The notes beneath the pieces were generated by a model. The model saw only the letters and a program-made list of their open reading frames with translations, searched no databases and was not told where the DNA came from. Shown one piece after another: positions 36,965 through 53,365 of a stretch of DNA of 64,000 bases (position 1 is its first letter; every line of letters begins with the position of its first letter). The stretch lies in assembly GCF_009914755.1 (NCBI RefSeq), contig NC_060936.1. One strand, given 5' to 3'. A program made the position numbers and the translations under genes. Source of the stretch: the human T2T-CHM13v2.0 reference genome, Homo sapiens.

Positions 36965-38143
36965 TGTGTTTTCTTAGCCGTGAGTCTGACTCTCCACTGA
37001 ACTCCATTTTCATCTCCAGGTTCATTCCTTTGCTGGTGATGTGCCATCACATGCTCCAACTGTACTTGCCACCAGGGAAATTGGAACTGCCCCATTCCTG
37101 GAGTTCTAGTGCTCTTGAGCCCCAGGCATTCCATGAGAGAAGCCTCCTTCTGGAAAGTCCCATGAGCACCTCATGCCGGGTGGTCAGACGTGCACCAAGG
37201 GCTGATAGTGTGAAGTGGTGTGGGCAGGGGGAGGCACAGACCCTGGGCAGGAATCAAAGATAAAGCTTCTATCCACATAACAGGCAGATTGTCCAGATGT
37301 CCCACGCAAGGGCCTGGAAGAGATGAGGTTGCAGGCAGACCAAGGAGAAGGTGGAGGAAGGGAGGGGAGGAAGTACTGAAACAGAGCTCTTAGAAAGATG
37401 TTCACTGCTGGGCAACACCATCACCTCCTCTAGAAGGCATGGATAGCACCAAGTAAGTGTGAGAGCTTTGCCATCACCCTTCCAGGCAATTTGCTTTTAG
37501 TGTCTTTGTAACACTTGGAGTTTGCATCTTACTCAAAATCTCTCCCCGGTCTGCTTCCCTGGCAAAGTCTGTCTTGCTTTTTGCATCTTTGCCCCCTCTA
37601 TAACTCCTACATCCCTTAGGAACCTGGTCTTCCTGGGAAAGCGTCTTCCACACATACCCCACCTCCACCTGCCATCTCACCCGCTACACACACTCAAAAA
37701 TTCCCCAGCCCCTCAAACAGGGGGTAAGAGGAATCCCTTAGGACAAAAAGGTGCATCTCCTACCTGAAGAGCAACCTGGATTCTGCAGACTGAGGGAGGC
37801 GGCTCTGCTTCAGGGCTCTGCAGTCTCTGAAGTAAAATGAGATTCAAAGCTGGGAGGAGAAGGGTCATGGTCAGCTGCCCCTTCCACACTCCCACGCTGA
37901 GCCTCAGCATCTCTCCTGCCTGAGTGGTAGCCCTGTCCAAATGCCTAGGGCCTGGGCCGTTGAGGATTAGGCCTGAACCCAGTAATCCCCAAGGAGCTGC
38001 AGAAAGCCGACTTGATGGGTCTCCTGGTGATATCATTGCAGCCAGAGAGCACACACAGGGTGCAAGCAGTCAGATGAGACAGCCAGGACAGGAGGGGCTG
38101 CAGCCCTTCCACAACACCACAAAGACCCTCACATGCTCATTTT

Positions 38144-38455
<312 letters not shown>

Positions 38456-38464
38456 TCATTTTTA

Positions 38465-38603
38465 AATGTTTATTATTTTTGTTTTTTGTTTTAAATAGCG
38501 ATGAGTTGCCCATGCTGGCCTCAAACTCTTGAGCGAGAGTGATCCTCCTGCCTTGGCCTCCCAAAGTGCTGGGATTACAGGTGTGAGCCACCACACCCAG
38601 CCA
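38465..38603 (-). mobile_element. FLAM/Alu monomer
   Basis: Left arm in reverse orientation. Confidence 0.82.
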
Positions 38604-39934
38604 GAAAGTTCTTTTTAAAAGGGGAGAAACAACAGCTCCAGAAGGGGCTTTGATAAATTATTTAATTTAAAAAAATCAAATTAAAGCAAAGAGGGTAAAG
38701 AGCTGGGTGAAAGCGAGCTAGGTGAAGAGCTTGCGTGTCCATCCTCCTGCCGAGATGTGGTGAGCTTGCCCTCATCCCATCAGCTGGACAGCTCTCCACT
38801 GAGCCTACCCATTCACCATGATTCTTGCTTTTCCTCAGCTAAGGCCCTGGGTGCAGGCTTAGCACTGTGGGGGGCCTCTGGGATGATGAGATGTTCTCAT
38901 TAATTCCTCAGGCAGCAGTGTTTGCAGTTGGGAGACATGACTTCCATCCCGCTCCTTATAAAGTCATATGTTTTTCTTGAATAAATGCTAAATCAAACTA
39001 GTCTTTCTGTTTTTTCCCCTCAATTCATAACCTCATCATTCCACAAATAAAATGATGCCTTCAAAACCCACAGACTGTTTTGCAGGGTGGTCTGGGAGAG
39101 ATGCCGCCTGAGCCGGCCTATGGCTCCAAACTCATCGCTGGAAGATCACAGCTGCCCTCTCCCCGGCCACTCTCTTTTCATGAGGAAAGGTGAGCCCGGC
39201 TGCCCTTGGTCTCCCCCAGGCCTGCTTACATTAAAGGGTTGGGAGTTAGCCTCCTGCCCTGAAAGGAATAGGGGTTCTGGAGTATCTCAGATCCGTATCA
39301 AATCACAGCTTTGCCGCATAATTGCCCTCTGCTCTTGGGAACTTTCTCAACTTCTGTAAGCTTCTGTTTTCTTATCAGTAAAAGGGAGATAACAATACCT
39401 ATCTCGAGGCACTGTTATGATAAAAGACCTGTCATAAAATAAATGCTTAGAAAATGGGAACTATTATTGTTCAAGTTTTATTATATTTCCTCAATCGTTA
39501 TTCTCTCCGTTTACATAATTGAAGTAAAACACTGCTCATTAGAGTGTGCAGGTAATAGAGGACTTGGCTTAAATAAATTTTCTGCCTAAATTAAGTCTTT
39601 TAAAACCATCCATTTTCACTTTTAGGTCATGGTGTAGAAAATAATTCTAGATCAAGTTAGAATATGTTCCGACCTCAGCAAGCAACCACGTACTTTGATT
39701 ATGTAGCACCCTTCATTATTCTAAGGAGTTCTCATTATACAGGTGGGTTGAAGACACACTGTGTGTCAAAAGAACCAAAACCAAAACAAAATCCTATAAA
39801 ATAGCAGGTCTTATAGTTTCCTTCTTTTTCCCATAGGAAGGAAGGGGAAAATCACAGAGTAAAACCAGATGCTTTTGTAAATTGATGAAGATGTTTGCTG
39901 CATGTGGCTCCAAGAGATTGAAATTAAAAGGGCA

Positions 39935-40540
39935 GGCTGGGTGCAGTGGCTCACGCCTGTAATCCCCACTTTGGGAGTCCGAGGCAGGTGGATCACGAGG
40001 TCAGGAGCTCGAGACCAGCCTGGCCAATATGGTAAAACCCCATCTCTACTAAAAATATTTAAAAAATTAGCCGGGCATGTTGGCAAGCACCTGTATTCCC
40101 AGCTACTCGGGAGGCTGAAGCAGAGAACTGCTTGAACCCGGGAGGCGGAGCTTGCAGTGAGCCGAGATCACGCCATTGCACTCCAGCCTGGGCAACAGAG
40201 CGAGACTCCATCTCAAAAAAAAAAACAAAAAACAAAACAAAACAAAAAAAAACAAAGAAAGAAAAAGAAATTAATAGAGCAGGGTGAGGGTGTCTTATGT
40301 CTGTAATCCCAGCACTTTGGATAGCCGAAGGAAGATGATTGCTTGAGCCCAAGAGTTTGAGAATAGCCTAGGTAACATAGACCCCATCTCTACAAAACAT
40401 TTAAACAATTAGCTGGGCATGTTAGTACATGCCTGTTGTGCCAGCTACTAGGGAGGCTGAGGCAGGAGAATCATTTGAGCCCAGGAAGTCAAGGTTGCAG
40501 TGAGCCATGTTCGTGCCACTGTACCCCAGTAAGAACCTGA
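39935..40540 (+). mobile_element. AluS (39935-40268) and AluJ (40278-40540) in tandem
   Basis: Two dimers; GAAATTAA(A/T)AG(G/A)GCAGG duplicated around the first. Confidence 0.9.
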
Positions 40541-40545
40541 AGAAG

Positions 40546-40604
<59 letters not shown>

Positions 40605-40656
40605 AAGAAAGAGAAAGGAAGAAAGAAAGAAAGAGAGAGAGAGAAAGAAAGAGACA

Positions 40657-40738
<82 letters not shown>

Positions 40739-40817
40739 AAAGGGAAGGGAAGGAGGAAGGAAGGAAGGAAAGAAGGAAGGAAGGAAAGAAGGAAGGAAGG
40801 AAAGAAGGAAGGAAGGG
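40540..40817 (+). repeat. Compound polypurine STR (GAAA)n/(GA)n/(GGAA)n
   Basis: ~275 bp of almost pure purine derived from the AluJ tail. Confidence 0.95.
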
Positions 40818-41699
40818 TCATGAAATGGGGATGCTCTTTAGCAGACAGTGGAGACAAGCACTTTCTAGATGTTTTGTCTGAATGGAGACAAAGTTCTCTC
40901 ACATCTCATTATTTTAATCGTCACACTAGCTCCATGAGACAGGATTTATTATACCTATTTTACAGGTAAGAAAACTAAGATTCAAAAATGTTAGGTGACT
41001 TGTGCAAAGTTACACAGCTTAAGAGAGTCAGCACTGAGTCATATCCAGGTCCTTCAAATTCAAAGTTGTAGTCTTTCCAAAGAAAGGCAAATGAGTACAG
41101 AAATCACTACTTGTAAACTATTACAACTGAAACAGGGCAATTGAAGAATATCTTTACTCTAAAGACAAAGAAACTAAAGTCCAGAGACGCAAAATCATGT
41201 GCTCAGGGTCACACAACTTGTTAACGGCAAAGCCAAGTCTAGAATCTAGGATTCTTTCTACTACTCTTTGTTGACCCTTGAGGAATCTCCCGGGATAGTG
41301 TAAAAGCATGCTCCTCTTGTTGAGCATGAATGAAAAGCCTGAGATTCTTCTCCTGTTTTCTTGATTTGGATCTTTTGATAGACTCTGTGATTGGTGCTGG
41401 ACATGACGTCTCTAAGGGAGCTAGCTTCTGCAAAACCAGCAAGCACCACTGATGGTGTCTCTGGCTTTATTGCTCCAGTTTCCGCTAAGAACCTTCGATC
41501 TTTCTTATATCTTTACCATGTCAATATGACTCTGACAGGAAGGCACTGAAAGCAACTACGTATTTCTGTTTTGAAATTTAGTTTTGTTCTATTTAAATTG
41601 TTCAGATGTAACGAAGGACCAATTGAAAATCATTACAACAGTACCATATGAGAAAGGAAAGTGTAAACCTTAGTAAGAATTATAAGAATACCTAAAATA

Positions 41700-42082
<383 letters not shown>

Positions 42083-42249
42083 TTAGTGCTAGCACACAGC
42101 CACAGTTTGCATAGCGTTTAAGCGCAAAGGCAGTGGAGTTAAATACCCAGATAACAATTCTCATCCTGCTGTTTATTTGGCAAGTTTCTTCAGTTCCCCA
42201 ATCCTCAATTTCTTATCTATTAAGTAGAGGCTAATAAGACCTATAATAG

Positions 42250-43272
<1,023 letters not shown>

Positions 43273-44167
43273 TGAAATCAAAGTGTTTTCCCAGGCTCTT
43301 AGAGTGCCCGGGTCAAGAATGCTGACAATCTGCTGTCAGAGAGAGAGGCTGTCCGCGTTACCCCCTATCAGCCCTCCCAGTCATCACTTGCATAAGAACC
43401 AGCAGGCAATCCACTGCCTTGTGACAAGCACTGTGACTCCAGGAGGGAGCCAAGTGCTATGAATGAAACCCCGTAAAAGGTCACTTTATGTAAGAGGAAA
43501 TGTTGGCATCACCCAGAGCACATACACAATTTTGAATTAAAAGCCGGATTGCTGGATGCAGAAGTACATCTACTTATTAAAGATCCTGCTCCTTTTTTCT
43601 CCCTATCCTTTCATGAAAAGTTATTACAAACTCTAAAATCTTCTCCAAGTTAAATCCTTAAGTAAAAGAAGCACACAAGAAAACATTGTGTGGTTTGAAG
43701 TTCTTAATATCCTAGGTAGGTCAAAAACTGTTATTTATGGTTTAATTTGGAGCTATGTGAATTGCATTCACCTAGTTGCCCAGAAGGGCAGCAACAAATT
43801 TTTATCACTCCACGTATTAGGATCTCACCAGTGCCCACAGATCCACTACCCTCAACCAACCTTTTCAGAAAATATTTCTCCCAACACCTACACAGGCTAC
43901 AAATCTAGGCAGCTACCTCCTCAAGTAACTGTATAAACATTCAAATCACTTCAACATTTTTCAACTCCACAGGTAATTTCAAGACCTGAGGGTGACTAGC
44001 AACAGGAAACATTCCACAAATATTTTAGGAGTCATAAGATAAAATCAATTTCAAATGGCTTTTTTAAAAGAATATATTCTAACAACCACATTTTAAAATA
44101 AGTCCATTTCAAAATATACTTCTGGAGGAGAAGGAGGGAGAAGAGGGAAAAAAAAGAAAAAAGAAAA

Positions 44168-44290
44168 TGTGTGTGTGTGTATATATATATGCGTGTGTGT
44201 GTGTGTGTGTGTGTGTGTATTTCTGCAGTATTTCTGCAGGTAGGAGAGAGATTATTGCCTAACATTTTATAAAAAGCAATATATATATTT

Positions 44291-44330
<40 letters not shown>

Positions 44331-44358
44331 ACACACACACACAGACACACACACACAC
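44168..44358. repeat. Compound (TG)n/(TA)n/(CA)n microsatellite with a unique-sequence insert
   Basis: Seen directly in the sequence. Confidence 0.9.
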
Positions 44359-44443
44359 TCTGGTTTCTTTTGTGAATTTGCCTGTTTCCTGAAGTTTTGT
44401 TAATCCATGTGGATTATATTTGAAAAGGGTAAAACATGATTAA

Positions 44444-44743
<300 letters not shown>

Positions 44744-46934
44744 CATGATTCCATTTTTAAAACTATGGAATTAAACAGTTTACTTTCCATCTCAATTTAT
44801 ACTTTTTGGGGAAAAGATGTGATGAATCTTTTCATCTAAATGCTGAAAAGACTATAAATGATGTCTGAATGCTTCGAGTGATTATTTGCAAGAATAACAA
44901 CACCTTGGATTTATGGAAATTGTCTTTCAGGCTTTACAAAGCAGTGGTGCAGTATTGAAAGAGCATTAATTAAGAATCATGGAAACTGGAATTTGGTTCT
45001 AATCATGTCTTTAACTTTAACTGCCGGTGTGACCTTGGGTGGCTAACTGACACCTCCTCACGTCATTTTTTTTTTCACTGTAAAATGGGGAAGGATGGAT
45101 GCTACATCATCTAAACTTCCAAAATGCCATGATCAACTCTGATTTCAAACTCAGTATTTCTGCAGGTAGGAGAGAGATTATTGCCTAACATTTGTTAGAA
45201 AGCAAACTCAAACCAGGGTCCACCAGCTGTTAAGACAGCCATGAAGCTCAGGTCTTCCGGCAGCTACCTGGCACGACTTACAGGCATCAGGGATTTCATG
45301 TGAACCCCTGGCAATAATTACAATTATTCCGTAGTGAGCCAGCACATTGTGGCAAGGATTAAATGCTTTCTCACGCCTGCAAATGCAACCCATATACAAA
45401 TGCAATCCACCTGAGGAGTCTCCTTTTCTGTCAGAAACTAAAAAAGTAAGTCACTGAATTGTTCTCCCACTGAGACCACAGTCATCCCCTCCAGCGGTGG
45501 TGTTGAAATGTGGCAACAGGAAGTTACAAAGGGACCTGGCACCACCACAGACCACTGCTTTGTCATAGGTGTTCGGGCAGGATAGGCCTCACCCTCAAAG
45601 CAGGACGCTCAAAGCTCTAAGGAAGCCACTCTGCCCAGGGCTGCTTCAAACACTTAGAGATCAGGTTCTGCACCAAAAAACTGACAAGCCCGCCTTCATA
45701 TGCCATGAAAAGTTACTAGCAAGAAGAGTAAAAACAGTAATTATAATACACACACACATACACGCACACAATGTATATATTTGGGGGTTCCTTGGAAGGA
45801 TCATTAAAGGCAGGTGTTTACCAACTACAGCCAACGAACTACAGCCAAGCTTTGTAGAAATGAACATTTCTTTAACAACTAAAAACCAAAAAAAAGAACT
45901 GTTACAAGTTTGGCTTCTTTGGCTGTGATTAGTCACAAAGCTGGTCTGCAGTTTTGAGGTCATGAGTCAGCTCTGACGGGGTAAGCCACACTACTGGTTA
46001 CAATTTGCTATGGCAAAGTTCAAAATACTCGCAAAATAAGTCAACTGTATGAACTATCAGCTTCTGGAGAAAGCCAGTGGAGGATAGTAACATAATTAAA
46101 ACTTTGAAACTCCCCAAGGGTCATTTCCTGTTTCTTTCTCCCCAGTACTTGAATACTCATTTATCAGTTGCTTTGGAAGCACAGGATGTCTGGTCTTAAA
46201 ACACGGCAGTACGTGTTTGCTCACTCCATTATAAACGACTTTGGCAGTCCTTAAGAGTATACAACATAACCGCATTGACTATTTTTTCAAGTTTTCATTT
46301 CCGGAGCCTGACTAAATATCAAATGCTTCAGGTGAATGCTCTGGCAAAAAGCAAGCCGTTCTCACATCGACTCTATCTCAGAAGCAGCTAATTCTGACTC
46401 TGTGTCTGGGAGTAACGAAGGGGACCTCTTTATCCCTAGGTCCTGACAATCCCTTCAAGATAAAATAAGATTCTGAATAATCCTCAAACCAATTAAATTT
46501 GCCTATAGCGACAGTCTATCCCAGATCATCTAAATTTCCACAGTGTTGTGGCCTCCACTGGTGCCATCTTTGATAAACAGACTTACTTTGTAGGCAAGTA
46601 AGGCTAGAGCTCTAGAACACTCGCACCATGACGTTTATTTGATTATGGCCTTTCTATGTAGCTGGTGAGGGCTTCCCACCAGGTCTTTGAGAAAAAAAGC
46701 AAGTAAGGATATTTTGCTGAATAAATTCGTATGGCCAATGAGTTCAGTATTCAAGTTTTCCTCTGTCAATAATTCTGGATAGTTGGAATGTCGTGTTGAC
46801 ATGATTCCTTCTACTTTAACATAAGTATAAATTTGGGTCAAATTTTACAAAAAACTAGGAATTTCTTGATACCTTTTTTTTTTAAGTTACAGTAACATCC
46901 TATTTCCTTTTCTTTTTTAAAATTTTTATTTCTC

Positions 46935-47169
<235 letters not shown>

Positions 47170-47789
47170 TAAAATGGAATCCAGATAATAATGTTTGCAT
47201 TTTCATGATGCTCTACTGTAAGTAAAGTGGCTAAGTGGTGCCTCTGGGACTTGAACTCATGCAGATTTTACTGCCACTTCATAGTATGTTCATAATAGCT
47301 TCTCTCAGGCAGGGCTATTATTCCCACTTACAAATGAGCAGACTAAGGCTCATAGAGATTTAATGAGCTGCTAATGTCAGAAGACTAAGAGTCAGAACTA
47401 GAATCCCAGTTCATGCTTTTTATTCAATATAATCTATGCATGATGATGTTTATTGCAGCTGTACTGTTAACAGCATAACAACAGAAAATCACCAGATGGC
47501 AATAGGCAAATAAGTGAAATAATACACCAACTAAATGGCATATTATGCTGTCATTAACATTATGACTTTAAACAATAATAATAAGGATGATAGCTACCAC
47601 TTATTGAATGCTTACTTTGCGACAGGAACAGCCACAGTCCTTTATGTGAACTAATTTTGGTTTCACAACTCCATGAGACAGGTACTATCATTGTCTGCAT
47701 TGCACACGCTGAAAACTGAGGCTAAAATAAATTAAATTACTTGCCCAGAGCAACTCAGCTAATAAGAATGAGACTATCTGATTCCAAAG

Positions 47790-47985
47790 CAGGGTTTCTC
47801 AACCTTGGTATGATTGACGTTTTGGGTGGGGTACTTCTTTGTTGTAGGTGGGGCTCTCCTGTGCATAGTAGAATATGTAGCAGCATCCTTGGCCTCTACT
47901 CACCACTTGTGATAACCAAAAATGTCTCCAAATGTTGCTAAATGTCTTCTGGGGTACAAAATTGCTCTAGGTTGAGAGCCACTAC
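47790..47985 (+). mobile_element. MER20-like element nested in a MIR (~47575-48010)
   Basis: CAGGGTTTCTCAACCTTGG...AAAATGTCTCCA...GTTGAGAGCCACT. Confidence 0.7.
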
Positions 47986-48104
47986 CCTAAAGCCTATGCT
48001 TCACCATTATGCTGTTTACTCCCCTCCCAACACCACCAGCCTTCCTACAGAACCTGGTGGTGGGAACATACATATACTCACATACAGAAACAGATATGGT
48101 CATA

Positions 48105-48530
48105 GATAGGATTGCCTGAGATACAGGTTCTGAGACTCTGAGATTTGACGGCAGGAGGTTAAGGGGAGAGCGAGGGTTCCCACCCCAAGTAGTGTTTTTG
48201 GGAACCTCACCTGTGAGGAAGCAAGGGAAACAGAATTGAGCAGAGTGAGAGTTGGACTACAATGCCCACTGGTTGTGATAGGCCTCTGCCAATTCCACAG
48301 GCAGCTCTGCAGCTGGGATGATCCTTTACCGTTGGCCTGGCCTTCATCTACTCCCCATAGACCCATCACTGGATGCAGGTTACCCCCAAGGAGGGGGTGT
48401 GTTCTAGGACAAGGTGGGTCCTCAGGGAAAGGACTTGCTGAGAACATGATAGCCACCAACACTTCCACATATGGTGACTGAATGCCCTCTCTGTCCTGAA
48501 GTGGCAATCTGGGCAGAACACCACACCCAC
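48105..48530. mobile_element. Probable old ERVL-class LTR fragment
   Basis: GAGACTCTGAGATTTG...CAGGAGGTT... phrases typical of LTR16/LTR33-like elements; family uncertain. Confidence 0.35.
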
Positions 48531-48641
48531 ATATGGACTATTTTGATAGAATAATTTATAAATAACTTAAAATACATGAGCATGTGGACCAAGACTGGAA
48601 AGTAATAAGCAAATGAAAATTGTCATTAAAATGGTAGTGCT

Positions 48642-49500
<859 letters not shown>

Positions 49501-50548
49501 AAGTGCTGAGATCTCAGAAAATACAATGCCTAGCTTCAGAATACCATATATTATATATTCATATGGCTATAATGATTCCCCACCTGTTTATCTGTCCTAA
49601 TGCAAGGAGCTTCCTTTCATAGTGATGCCAGGCACTGCTCTAAGTAATTTTATGTATCCTAACTTATTAAATCTCCTCAACCACCCTAAAATAAGTACCT
49701 TTATAAACTCCATTTTACAGAAAAGGAAACAACTGAGTTTCCAAGAGTTTAAGTAATTCAAGATCTACACAGCTAATAATTGTGAAACTGGGACTTGAAC
49801 CCGTGTACTATGACTCTCAAATCCTGGCTCTTACCAATCCTGGGCTACCACCTACTATACACATTTATTTCACACCGTGTCCCTGAAGTCCCCTCAGCAT
49901 GATAGTAATTTGTCTTCTCACATTTTTTCTTTAAAAAAAAAAACAAAACAAAAAAACTAGAGTAGTAAAGCTGTCAATGCATGACTATGCTAAGGCATAA
50001 GGGATACAAAAAAATGCCTTCAAGTTTCCTATTTTAAAGTCTTTTGAGATTTAAAGGCTTTTAGATGCCAGTGGAGATTGTAAGAATAAAGTTATGCTAT
50101 TTTTCTTTAAAGAATCAAGTCCCTCTTCTGCTTTCAACACAAAATAGGAAGGTCTATGAATACCGTTTGAAGGATGACTCAGAGACAAAGCTTTACCCTC
50201 CCAAGAGACATAAGAGAACTAGACTACCTCTGGGACTCAAGAGGGTATTGCTGTTGAGCTGATTCACTAGGAACTGTTTCTGGTCCTCTGGGAAACTATG
50301 GAAAATTCAATTAAAGTTCATTAGCATTCTGAAAGCTAATTTTTTCACCAACATACCTGAGCGAATTTTCATATTCCAAATTCCCAGTGAATTTTTTAAA
50401 AGATGAATTCCCAACCTCAAAAATGGTCTTTTTTTTTCCCAGAATGCCCAAGCAATTCAGAATCTCTGTTTCACAGGAACACACAATGCATGTGCCAGTT
50501 GAACAAGGCCTTCAAAAGGTCCACAGGTCGGTTGTCTCAATAGATAAC

Positions 50549-50554
50549 TTTATT
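50549..50554 (-). terminator. Distal polyadenylation signal AATAAA of PHLDA1
   Basis: TTTATT on the + strand, with U-rich sequence upstream and UG/U-rich sequence downstream on the minus strand. Confidence 0.7.
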
Positions 50555-52560
50555 TGAAATGAAATGCATTTTGAAAATATGAAAAATAAATCACATCTCC
50601 CCAAAATCATCTAAGAGACATATTTACACAAGTTCTGACCATGCTAAAAAATTCATGAATGTGATGGTGTATAAAGCATTTGGTACATGATGATACTTGC
50701 TTTCCAGAAGCTGGCATTTGCATATTATAAAACGTTAAGAAGAAGGCTGACCTCGGAATGTAACAGACAATAGTTTTATGTTTCTTCTCAATATACAGTG
50801 ACCTGGAAGGACTCCCTGTTGTTAAAACCTGCTTCCCCACTGCTCAGCCTGCCATCAGCCATCCAGCTGCAGAGCAGTGGAGAGTAGGTCTCACCAGTTT
50901 TTGTGCAGATGCTTCTAACCCAGAGTCCTTCTGCTTACTTCATTGGACAATATTGCCCTTTCTAAGAAAACCCTTTTAGATCCTGTACTCCACTTAGCAA
51001 ATGCCCTGCCAGCAAAGTCACAGATGACTTTTTTACCCAATCTTAGGTAAATCTGGATTATCTGCCCAACCGTGCAAGTCAATAAGCCACCCTTGAAAAC
51101 TGTGTCAAGATTTGAGGAAACAGGTCTTAAGAACCTATCCAACACATGATTCCATAACCAATACATCTTAGGTTGTTTTAGGCAAATAGGTGTATCTCTT
51201 GAATCACTGATGGATTCAATATCAAGATCTATAATTTTCACGTTTAAAATTTACTCTGCCGAGGACATTTTATTGGTAAAGCAAAAACCAGTTAGTTTGA
51301 CACACACGAAAAAGAAAACAAATGTTCACAGTCCTATCTTCGTAGGATTCTGTGCTATAAAATTGCTCCAGGTTCAAGTCTTAGACCACTCTTCTAAGGC
51401 TGCTACTGAATATAATATTAACACTGGAGCCAAGCTAAAACTACATGACTTTTCCCCTAGGGACAGAAAACAAGGGATGTGTTTGAACTCATACACTTGC
51501 AGCAAACTTTACTGTCAGATATAAAATTAGGGCTTTCTCTTAAAGGGCTTCTTTAAGAGAAATACAGAGTGTTTGGTATATGAGAGAAAAAAAGTTAAAA
51601 CAGGACTTTCAACTTAATCCAGACTTCCTAACAGTGTTTACATGTGAGGGAAACTCCTTTAAGTAATGCGTAGTTTTTATTTTTACCATCATTGGAGACA
51701 AAAAAAACAAAAACATAAACATCTGAAGTGAAATTATAAAGATGGCTTGATTTCTACATTAGAGAATCCCAGCTTGCTCAATGAGGAAAATGTTCATTTT
51801 AAAAGGGCCCCTTATAGACATTTGCTCTTTGACGTCAGCACTCCCCATAGAGCACACCCAGATCTAAATGGATTTCCACTAAGAAAGTCTGTTTAAGAAA
51901 CTTCATCATGATGTTTAGCCTGTCCCAGAATTCATTGTTCTCAGGGAATGACATGAGAGCAAAGAAAAGGAACACTCAGTGAGGCAAGAGACAGCATCTC
52001 CCAGATGCTGGGAAGTTACACATTTTGTCCTTCCTTCCTTTGTCCCAACAGTTATTGAGCTCACTGTGTATGAGGCTTGGTGCCAACACAAGTTCAAGGA
52101 CAAAAGTTCAGTTTCCAGATGGAACATTACTCTTAATTTTCCAACTTTTTACATTTTATGTTTATTTAAGGAGCGGGTCTTCTATTGGATCTGCCCTTTC
52201 GGTTGAAAAATGCATTTTTTACCTTTTTCCATGAAGCTGATTTGTCAGGCTTCAAAATATCTTAGGTGGTTTTGTATCATTTTCTTACAGGTAGAATAGA
52301 GCCACTGGGACATTAAATGATGTACATTTATATTTTGTTTTGTTTAGTCTTATTGAGCGTGTTTGCTTTTTTGCTCTGGAAAAATTATTAATAATAATTT
52401 CAAAGGTGTCAAAACAATAAAAGCCATTCTACTTCTAATTTCTTAGATTTCACATTAAATGCTAAGAGGGGTTCAGAATAGAAAATGATAAAGGTCAACA
52501 TAAATATCACAGCAGACTAAGGAACAAGGGCTACAGAAAGTCAAGAAACCATTACTCTGG

Positions 52561-52956
<396 letters not shown>

Positions 52957-53249
52957 TTAAGCAATGAAATTACCTAGCCCCATATGTAAGCTAACAACAT
53001 ACAAATGCCTTTTTTAAAACCTACATCAATCTTAATTTGTAAAAATATTTGGTATGGATTTTTTTTTTTTAGTACAAGAATTAAAAAAAAATCCTCCATT
53101 GGGAAAAAACTGTGGTTCATTTGGAGCTATTATGATTTGCATGCATTAAAAATATAGTACTATGAGGTACTCCTCAAAAAGTACAGCCACAGTTCTAAGG
53201 AAGCTGAACCAAACTTGATTTAAGAAATCTTTAGATGTGGCTCTCATTT

Positions 53250-53365
53250 CATATACATATATACATACATACACATATACACATATTCATATATGTGTAC
53301 ACACATGTTCTCATATATGTATATATACATACATATTCATATATGTGTATACATATATACATATG
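53250..53365. repeat. (TA/CA)-rich microsatellite in the PHLDA1 3' UTR
   Basis: CATATATACATA-type repeats. Confidence 0.85.

Noticed and set aside
40489-40902. Lys/Glu/Arg-rich and Phe/Leu/Ser-rich ORFs
   Set aside because: Translations of the (GAAA)n STR.
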